Source of the DNA: a virus | IMG/VR virus record: IMGVR_UViG_3300044732_000442 | Span: 32,001 to 96,000 of that record | DNA length: 64,000 bases | Strand: one strand, 5' to 3' | Shown here: positions 57,408-64,000 of the stretch, in pieces | Position numbering within the stretch: position 1 is the first letter of the stretch | Layout of the letters: each line of letters starts with the position of its first letter | Position numbers and translations under genes: made by a program | The notes under the pieces: model-generated | What the model was told of the DNA's origin: nothing | Databases searched by the model: none | Seen by the model: only the letters and a program-made list of their open reading frames with translations

Positions 57408-58148
57408 ATGCACGGATTTGCTAACGTATCAAATATGACTAGTCGTCAAATTCAACGTATGGGTCATGCTGATGATTCTACTCCATATCGTGCTAAAACT
57501 AGAACGCAAAAGGTTACGGTTAATCACAATGCCGATGATGTGTGGAGTGCGGCATGTGCGGCTCAACGTATCAATGGTAGTTATATCAAGTTTACTATGA
57601 TTAGCGAATCAGATCCTGCAGTGACAAAACTATCCAATCGTATGATTGTTGAACAATTATTGGCTGATACATTTATTATTACCGATCAGGATCGTGAGCA
57701 AGGTAAAAAGGTTCGTGCGTTTTATCAGGCATACACATTCAAAATCTTGCAAGGTAAACAACTAAATGATTTTGACAACACCACAATGTTGATTGCTAAT
57801 CGTGATGTTATTACTAGCACCTATGATATTGCTGTTATTGCTAGTTTGCCATCATGCTATGAGCGTGGTGTTGTACGTCAATCGGCAGATCAACGTATTA
57901 ACTTTGCTACAGGTGGTTTTATTGGTAAAGCTAATGATAAGGTAACGGCTTCTATTGAAGTATTGAAATCAGTATTTTCAATGAAATGGAATACAAACTA
58001 TGTTACTGGTATTACTACTGATGACCAAGTAGTGTTCTTTGCTTATAAAGAAGCATTGGATATTGGTAAAGTGTTAAACATTACAGGTACTGTTAAAGCA
58101 CATAGAGATAACAGTACCCAACTTAATCGTGTAAAGGTAATTGCGTGA
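57408..58148 (+). CDS. Hypothetical protein with C-terminal OB-fold-like domain
   Basis: C-terminal GTVKAH...TQLNRVK pattern. Confidence 0.55.
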   Translation: MHGFANVSNMTSRQIQRMGHADDSTPYRAKTRTQKVTVNHNADDVWSAACAAQRINGSYIKFTMISESDPAVTKLSNRMIVEQLLADTFIITDQDREQGKKVRAFYQAYTFKILQGKQLNDFDNTTMLIANRDVITSTYDIAVIASLPSCYERGVVRQSADQRINFATGGFIGKANDKVTASIEVLKSVFSMKWNTNYVTGITTDDQVVFFAYKEALDIGKVLNITGTVKAHRDNSTQLNRVKVIA

Positions 58149-58372
58149 ATACAGAATTGATTCAAAAGTTAAAGGCACAATGTATCTTCCGTGAAATGCG
58201 TGGTACTAATGCGTTTGACAATTATATGGTAGATCGGTTCGATAGTGAGAAGTTTGCAGAACTGATTGTACGTGAGTGTGACCGTTATGCCCGTAGTGTA
58301 TGGGAACATGGTCCGTTGTTAGGTAGAGACTTGTTAATACATTTTGGAGTTGAGGAGATGAGTGATGAATAA
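58145..58372 (+). CDS. 'FAELIVxEC...HFGVE' family small protein
   Basis: EKFAELIVREC...HFGVEE. Confidence 0.6.
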   Translation: MNTELIQKLKAQCIFREMRGTNAFDNYMVDRFDSEKFAELIVRECDRYARSVWEHGPLLGRDLLIHFGVEEMSDE

Positions 58373-58595
58373 AGATATTGAAAAACTTTTTAAAGAAGCC
58401 AAAGGTTATGTTGAAGTAGACGGTGAAGGTAATCGTTCTACATATACATATGATTTTGACCCTGACGCTTTTGCTAGTTTGATTGTAGAAAAGTGTATTC
58501 AAACATTAGTCAATCATGGCTATACAGATGCGGCAACTGTTTTAAAAACAGAGTATGCTGAAGATTGGCAAAAATTAGAATTTCCGGAAATTTAA
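58365..58595 (+). CDS. 'FAELIVxEC' family small protein
   Basis: AFASLIVEKC. Confidence 0.55.
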   Translation: MNKDIEKLFKEAKGYVEVDGEGNRSTYTYDFDPDAFASLIVEKCIQTLVNHGYTDAATVLKTEYAEDWQKLEFPEI

Positions 58596-58596
58596 A

Positions 58597-58725
58597 ATGA
58601 CAAATTTATTAATAGGCTTTGTTCTTGGCATTGTAGTATCAACCGTGGGCTTTAGTGGCATTGCTAAAATAGCTGACAGCGGTGTAGAGAAAGTTAAACA
58701 GGTAACTGTTGATCAGGCTAAGTGA
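58597..58725 (+). CDS. Small membrane peptide (42 aa)
   Basis: Not in track; MTNLLIGFVLGIVVSTVGFSGIA hydrophobic helix. Confidence 0.55.
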   Translation: MTNLLIGFVLGIVVSTVGFSGIAKIADSGVEKVKQVTVDQAK

Positions 58726-58754
58726 AATATAAACGTAAAAAAGTGGAGAATATT

Positions 58755-59183
58755 ATGGGACTAGATATGTATGCGTATGTTGCTAAAAAAAGAGGGCAAT
58801 ATAATGACTTCTACGACACCGCAGAGTTGGATGCCAATGGTGATGAGTTTGTGAGTCAGACGGTCACCAAGCCACATGAACTTGCTTATTGGCGTAAGCA
58901 TCCTAACTTACATGGTTGGATGGAACAACTTTGGGTTAGTAAAGGTCGTCCAAGGCAAAGTGTTGGTTGGCCTATATTCAACGGCATTGAGTTAGAACTA
59001 ACTTGGGATGATTTAGATAACCTTGAACGAGCTATTCGTACCGGACAACTTCCGGATACTGAGGGTTTCTTCTTTGGTAGTCCGGCAGACAATCATTACT
59101 ATGAACAAGACCTTGAGTTTGTCAACAACGCTAAGGCAGAAGTGTTCTTGGGGTTGAAAGTATTTTATAATAGTAGCTGGTAG
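58755..59183 (+). CDS. Hypothetical phage protein (MGLDMY...YWRK family)
   Basis: ATG 58755 with ggag RBS; YWRKHPNLHGWM. Confidence 0.65.
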   Translation: MGLDMYAYVAKKRGQYNDFYDTAELDANGDEFVSQTVTKPHELAYWRKHPNLHGWMEQLWVSKGRPRQSVGWPIFNGIELELTWDDLDNLERAIRTGQLPDTEGFFFGSPADNHYYEQDLEFVNNAKAEVFLGLKVFYNSSW

Positions 59184-59209
59184 CTAAATACCCCGTAAGG
59201 GGTAACATC

Positions 59210-59392
59210 ATGGACACAATTAAAACAATAATTATAACAATACTGGTAGTCGTAGGAATGGTTTGGTTTGTAAGAGAAGGTACAGACGATCCTGATTATG
59301 TTGTCATAGAATATCAATGTTCCAAACTAGATACATATGAACATGTACCCAATGAAGTAACTGAAGAATGTAATAAACGTAAGGCAAAATAA
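59210..59392 (+). CDS. Small membrane-anchored protein with two Cys
   Basis: N-terminal hydrophobic helix; C...C in the soluble part. Confidence 0.55.
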   Translation: MDTIKTIIITILVVVGMVWFVREGTDDPDYVVIEYQCSKLDTYEHVPNEVTEECNKRKAK

Positions 59393-59877
59393 TGGCTATC
59401 TTATATCGTATCAAACCCTCTGATAAAAAATCAGTAGAAGCATACTATGATGTTTTCAGTAAAGATGAACAAGGCAATGTACGTGGTTGGAGTGTAACTG
59501 AACTGTATCGTTGGGGTCAAGGGTTTGTTGAAGATGAATCTGAGTTACCCTTTAGTGATGATAGGTATCATTGTGTCGATCCTACAATTGGTTGGGGTTG
59601 TGAACTTGAGGACCTTTGTGCAGTAGACTTTGAGTTTGATGATAGTTTTACCGATGAAGAAAAAGAAGAAATTGAACAACTTTGGGCAGACGGTGGCGCG
59701 GGTTGGCTCTATGACGGTGAACATAATTGGGAAGTTGAAGAAGATACTATTACTATTTTGGGTCCGTTTACTGTTGACAAAATTGACGAGGACGTGTATA
59801 ATGAGAGTATTGAAACAGTAGAACTTAAACCCCGTCCACCTTTTGTCGCAACAACGGCGTGGCCATTCTCAGGATAA
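59392..59877 (+). CDS. Acidic hypothetical protein
   Basis: D/E/W-rich, 161 aa. Confidence 0.6.
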   Translation: MAILYRIKPSDKKSVEAYYDVFSKDEQGNVRGWSVTELYRWGQGFVEDESELPFSDDRYHCVDPTIGWGCELEDLCAVDFEFDDSFTDEEKEEIEQLWADGGAGWLYDGEHNWEVEEDTITILGPFTVDKIDEDVYNESIETVELKPRPPFVATTAWPFSG

Positions 59878-59880
59878 AAT

Positions 59881-60099
59881 ATGAACGAACGATTTAAAAC
59901 ATTGTGCAAAGAAGCATTTACTGAAGCACACGAATCTAGGATAGGACCCGATGGTCTAATTAGATCCGATGGAAATCCATATATCTTTTATGAAAAGTTA
60001 GCCAAGTTGATTGTTCTTAAATGTGCCGAGATTGCTGATACTGCGGAACCATTCCTTGCTTCGGATTTGATTAAAGAACATTTTGGAGTTGAAGAATGA
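59881..60099 (+). CDS. 'FAELIVxEC...HFGVE' family small protein
   Basis: MNER...EKLAKLIVLKC...IKEHFGVEE. Confidence 0.6.
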   Translation: MNERFKTLCKEAFTEAHESRIGPDGLIRSDGNPYIFYEKLAKLIVLKCAEIADTAEPFLASDLIKEHFGVEE

Positions 60100-61430
60100 G
60101 TGCAAGTTGGATTAATAAACTAAACGAATCAGATAGCCGCCTGCACAAGGAAGATGTCATTTTACAGGCGCTTGAGGCAAGTGTCCTAGGTAGCACTAAT
60201 GCTCAGATTTTTCTGGGTTTGACAAAAGCTTGTTACAATCCTTATGTGACATTCGGTGTGCGAAAAGTTTCTGATACAGTAGGTATCATTGATGCTGAAA
60301 ATCCTTGGAGTGATTTTAATACATTACTGACTATGTTATCACACCGTGATTTGTCAGGTAATGCCGCACTTGATGCTATCAATGAAATGAGTGAACGTTT
60401 TGATAGTATAGAATGGAATACATTCTGTGCTCCTGTTATTCGTAGAGATTTACGTGCAGGTATTTCAGACAAAACAATTAATAAAATCTGTAAGAAAACA
60501 GAATATGAAATTCCAATCTTTGGTTGTCAACTAGCAACTAATAGTGAGGGTCGTCCTGAGATGAAAGGCACTAAACGTCTAGAGCCTAAACTTGATGGTG
60601 TACGTGTATTGTTGATGGTTATCCCTGGTGCGAGTGAGGGTGTAACTACTATATGTTTCAGTCGTAATGGTAAAGTGTTTGATAACTTTACACATATTGA
60701 ACAACAGGTTAGCGACAACTTTGTTAAGATTGCTAGAGGACATCAGAACGCATTGATTAACGGATTTGTATTAGATGGAGAAGTGATCGGTAATACATTT
60801 CAAGAACTTATGCGACAAGCACGCCGTAAGACTGATGTACAAGCAGATGATAGTGTATTCAACATATTTGATATTATTCCATTAAGTGATTTCCGTGAAG
60901 GTCATTGGAATGCTCAACTACGTAAACGTATTGCTATACTTGAACATATTCGTCATGTAGTTGACACTATGCCTAACGTTGAACTACTACCACATATTAT
61001 GGTTGATTTAGATACAGCCGCAGGTAAGGATCAACTTGAACGTTATGCTAAGGATCAAGTTAATGCAGGATTTGAAGGCATTATGATTAAAGAATTAGAA
61101 GCTCCATACATCTGTAAACGTAGTACTGATTGGATGAAATGGAAGCCAACGTTAACTGTAGACTTGGAGGTCGTAGGTGTTGAAGAAGGTACTGGTAGAA
61201 ATTTGGGAAGACTTGGAGCATTGGTTTGTCATGGAGTTGACGACGGGAAAGAAATTACAGTCAATGTGGGTAGTGGCTTTAGTGATGATGATAGAGATGA
61301 CTATTGGAATAATCGTAATTTGGTCATTGGTCGTACTGCTGAAGTCTTATGTGATGTGATTACACAGAACCAAGATGGTACTTACAGTTTGCGTTTCCCA
61401 CGCTTTGTTAGATTTAGGGATGACAAATGA
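60096..61430 (+). CDS. lig: ATP-dependent DNA ligase
   Basis: EPKLDGVR (motif I), LDGE, FDII, EGIMIK, KWKP, SLRFPRF. Confidence 0.95.
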   Translation: MSASWINKLNESDSRLHKEDVILQALEASVLGSTNAQIFLGLTKACYNPYVTFGVRKVSDTVGIIDAENPWSDFNTLLTMLSHRDLSGNAALDAINEMSERFDSIEWNTFCAPVIRRDLRAGISDKTINKICKKTEYEIPIFGCQLATNSEGRPEMKGTKRLEPKLDGVRVLLMVIPGASEGVTTICFSRNGKVFDNFTHIEQQVSDNFVKIARGHQNALINGFVLDGEVIGNTFQELMRQARRKTDVQADDSVFNIFDIIPLSDFREGHWNAQLRKRIAILEHIRHVVDTMPNVELLPHIMVDLDTAAGKDQLERYAKDQVNAGFEGIMIKELEAPYICKRSTDWMKWKPTLTVDLEVVGVEEGTGRNLGRLGALVCHGVDDGKEITVNVGSGFSDDDRDDYWNNRNLVIGRTAEVLCDVITQNQDGTYSLRFPRFVRFRDDK

Positions 61431-61660
61431 ATGATTTAAAATTTACCACCGCAGGTGATTATATGAACACTAACGAACGAATTAGAGAACTTGCTGAACA
61501 TGCTGGCTGGGACAATCATCACTCAAAATTTGATACTAGGATTAAAAAGTTCGCCGAGTTGATTGTGGCAGAAATGTTGCAGACTTGTGAGGATCATCCA
61601 GGATGGTCGGGTCGAATGATTGGTGAGCAGATTAAACAACATTTCGGAGTTAAAGAATGA
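61427..61660 (+). CDS. 'FAELIVxEC...HFGVE' family small protein
   Basis: NERIRELA...KFAELIV...IKQHFGVKE; alternative start at 61463. Confidence 0.6.
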   Translation: MNDLKFTTAGDYMNTNERIRELAEHAGWDNHHSKFDTRIKKFAELIVAEMLQTCEDHPGWSGRMIGEQIKQHFGVKE

Positions 61661-61800
61661 CATTCAATGATTGGGTTTATTTTATTAGTGGTATAATTTG
61701 GGGCGGATGGATGGTTCGTCCTCTAGTAGATACAGTAGTAGATATAGTAAAGAAAATTTACCAGAACGCTAAGGAGGCACAAAATGGTAACAATAGTTAA
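61657..61800 (+). CDS. Small membrane peptide (47 aa)
   Basis: Not in track; ggag RBS, ATGA overlap; hydrophobic N-terminus. Confidence 0.5.
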   Translation: MTFNDWVYFISGIIWGGWMVRPLVDTVVDIVKKIYQNAKEAQNGNNS

Positions 61801-63037
61801 ACACGAATGGCATCAACATGATAGACAATATGCTATTGAAATTGATGAAGCATTACTCAGTGAAATCTATCCTGACAAGGAAGAAGATGAGATTAAAGTA
61901 ATACTAGATGGTATTATTGATGGTACATATGATTATGAAGATGTTATCAATGATGCTTATGAGAATGATGTAGAAATTGAATGGGAGTTTCAGTATGATG
62001 ATTGTTGGACTGACCGCAAAGGTGGTTACGATGTTACCTACGAACTAGGCGATGAATCTAGTTGGCATAGTGAACCCGAGCCTCCACCACATACTCATAA
62101 ATGTACTAAATGTAAATGGACAGGTCAAAGTTATGATACTGAATGGTTATGGCCTGAAGATGACGAGACTGGTGAGAAAGAAGCCAAAAAAGTTTGTCCA
62201 ATGTGTGATAGTGACACTGAATTAACAGAAGCCGGCGTTAAAGAAGAACAAGAACGTAAAGAGCGTATGGCACGTTGGGATAAAGAAAATATCATTAATG
62301 AAGAAGATGAAGAACTAGTTGATGAAAATGAACTAGAAGAAGCATTGGAAGAACTTAAGGCAGAGTTTGAGACACTTATTGCAGAACCAGATTTATTGCC
62401 TAACTATCCAGCTGGCGAATATACAATACGTATCTGGGGTCGTACACGTGAGATTGGCGTACACAAGATTAAGAAAGCTCAATACGAGTATTGGAGTGAT
62501 GAGGACCACGAAGATGATTTGAGTGATGCTCTTAATGAGAGTTATGACTACGATGAGAATGAAACTCCCAAAGCGGCACGATTTGATTTGCCATACTATG
62601 AGTATCAAGGTAAACATTCATTCTGGGGCTTTGACCAAGATGATACTCACATGACTATCACCAATAGTGAGGGTGAAGAAATCTATGAAGGTGATTTAGA
62701 ATCATTTATTGCTGAAGCACACGGAGAAGAAGATAGTCGTTGGGAAGCTACAGAAGAATTAGAAGAACTATATCCTGAATACTTAGGTAAAGGTTATTGG
62801 CTGATGTGGACACAAGGTGGTAAAGGATCATGTATTCAAACTACCATTGAGATTGCTGAAGGTGAGGAGTTTGATCCTCGCAAACTTAAAGTATTGAACT
62901 GGGATGTTCAAGGTACAAGTGTTGTCACCCGATTAGTATATGATGGTGAAGAACTTGATGATGAAGGAATGGACAGTGAGCATGATAACTGGCGAGGTCA
63001 ATGGGCACAGTTTGATGTACACCATAATACAAAATGA
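61784..63037 (+). CDS. Very acidic multi-domain protein with Zn-ribbon
   Basis: CTKC...CPMC; D/E-rich; aggagg RBS. Confidence 0.65.
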   Translation: MVTIVKHEWHQHDRQYAIEIDEALLSEIYPDKEEDEIKVILDGIIDGTYDYEDVINDAYENDVEIEWEFQYDDCWTDRKGGYDVTYELGDESSWHSEPEPPPHTHKCTKCKWTGQSYDTEWLWPEDDETGEKEAKKVCPMCDSDTELTEAGVKEEQERKERMARWDKENIINEEDEELVDENELEEALEELKAEFETLIAEPDLLPNYPAGEYTIRIWGRTREIGVHKIKKAQYEYWSDEDHEDDLSDALNESYDYDENETPKAARFDLPYYEYQGKHSFWGFDQDDTHMTITNSEGEEIYEGDLESFIAEAHGEEDSRWEATEELEELYPEYLGKGYWLMWTQGGKGSCIQTTIEIAEGEEFDPRKLKVLNWDVQGTSVVTRLVYDGEELDDEGMDSEHDNWRGQWAQFDVHHNTK

Positions 63038-63246
63038 ACGCATATACCTTAGTAGGACAATCCTATGTATTTGAAGATGGCAATAAGATTGAAATAATAC
63101 AGGTAAAAAAGACTGATGAGGATCGTGGTGATTATTTAGTTACATATCACGTTACTCACGGACCCAGTATACCTCAAAAACTAGTTTTACCTGTAAAAGA
63201 ATTTCTTAGTTATTATAGTCACTTATTTGATGTAGATATAGACTAA
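63034..63246 (+). CDS. Hypothetical protein
   Basis: Coupled ORF. Confidence 0.55.
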   Translation: MNAYTLVGQSYVFEDGNKIEIIQVKKTDEDRGDYLVTYHVTHGPSIPQKLVLPVKEFLSYYSHLFDVDID

Positions 63247-63253
63247 ATATTAG

Positions 63254-64000
63254 ATGCGCCTTAAATTTTTATCATTCTCAAATCTCACACTATTAGTAGC
63301 ACTCTGTCTTAGTTCGGTAGCTGCCTGGTATAGTATTATTGGCTTAACCGCTATCTTTGCAGGTGCGGTTATTCCTGTTATCATCATGGGTGGTATCCTT
63401 GAAATAGGAAAGATTACCACCACTGTTTGGCTACGTAAGTATTGGCACCGAGCAGGTTGGTTATTAAAACTATATCTTGTGCCTGCTGTGATTGCACTAG
63501 CATTACTTACTAGCATGGGTATATTCGGCTTCTTAAGTAAAGCACACATGGAGCATGGTATCAGTACCGGTGATAGTCAAGCCAAACTGTCATTATACGA
63601 TGAGAAGATTAAAACACAACGAGACAATATTGAGTTAGCACGTAAAGCATTAACTCAAATGGACAATCAAGTTGACCAACGTTTAAGTCGTGGTGATAGT
63701 GAGAATAGTGCTGAACGTGCTGTTCAAATTCGTAGGCAACAAGCCGGTGAACGTACTAAACTACAAAAAGATATTGGTAATGCTCAGAAAGAAATTGCTA
63801 AACTTAATGAAGAACGAGCACCTATTGCGGCTGAAAATCGTAAAGTAGAAGCAGAAGTTGGACCTATCAAGTATATTGCCGCATTGATATATGGTGATAC
63901 TGCTGATAACAATACATTAGAATCTGCCGTTCGCTGGGTTATTATCTTATTAGTTATTGTATTTGATCCGTTAGCTATTGCATTAGTGTTAGCTGCCAAT
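63254..64000 (+). CDS. Multi-pass membrane protein with coiled coil (partial, runs off window)
   Basis: Open + frame MRLKFLSFSNLTLLVALCLSSVAAWYSIIGL...SMGIFGFLSKAH...VFDPLAIAL; upstream acTAAATA. Confidence 0.75.
   Translation, partial: MRLKFLSFSNLTLLVALCLSSVAAWYSIIGLTAIFAGAVIPVIIMGGILEIGKITTTVWLRKYWHRAGWLLKLYLVPAVIALALLTSMGIFGFLSKAHMEHGISTGDSQAKLSLYDEKIKTQRDNIELARKALTQMDNQVDQRLSRGDSENSAERAVQIRRQQAGERTKLQKDIGNAQKEIAKLNEERAPIAAENRKVEAEVGPIKYIAALIYGDTADNNTLESAVRWVIILLVIVFDPLAIALVLAAN

Noticed and set aside
4924-62617. Numerous short antisense or nested ORFs in the track
   Set aside because: They lie within well-supported genes on another strand or frame and show no motifs or RBS
63250-63999. 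Minus-strand ORFs 63250..63549 and 63784..63999
   Set aside because: Antisense shadows of a + strand membrane protein gene starting at 63254 that runs off the window
1-64000. Stop-codon reassignment, introns or inteins
   Set aside because: Core genes (PolB, ClpA, ligase, clamp loader) are uninterrupted and of normal length under the standard code

Overview
This is 64 kb of an AT-rich, gene-dense, mostly + strand genome of a large lytic dsDNA phage. It looks distantly T4-like: family B polymerase, clamp and clamp loader, RNase H-type exonuclease, ATP-dependent ligase, PhoH, GroES, TAAATA late promoters and sigma70-type early promoters. The standard genetic code fits. Layout: (1) 1-4.5 kb, GH19 lysin and virion proteins. 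(2) 4.5-15 kb, mini-DnaE fragment, GroES, clamp loader, PhoH, holin, DnaJ and ClpA. (3) 15-26 kb, plus an inverted pair at 45.7-47.9 kb: probable head-packaged polyproteins. Most have T4-like capsid-targeting N-termini and G-[VILM]-x-E / L-D-E linkers, and two hide internal twin-arginine signal peptides. (4) 26-30.5 kb, a tandem array of repeat (beta-propeller-like) adhesins. (5) 30.6-35 kb, TilS, PolB and clamp. (6) 35.4-45.7 kb, a 7-deazaguanine cluster (DpdA/TGT-like, FolE, QueD, QueD-like, QueE; no QueC seen) interleaved with two glycosyltransferases, two cytidylyltransferases and GalE, with a preQ1-I-like riboswitch candidate in front of queD. (7) 48-64 kb, UvsE, RNase H, ligase and many small early genes. 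All family calls come from motif recognition by eye; no searches were run.
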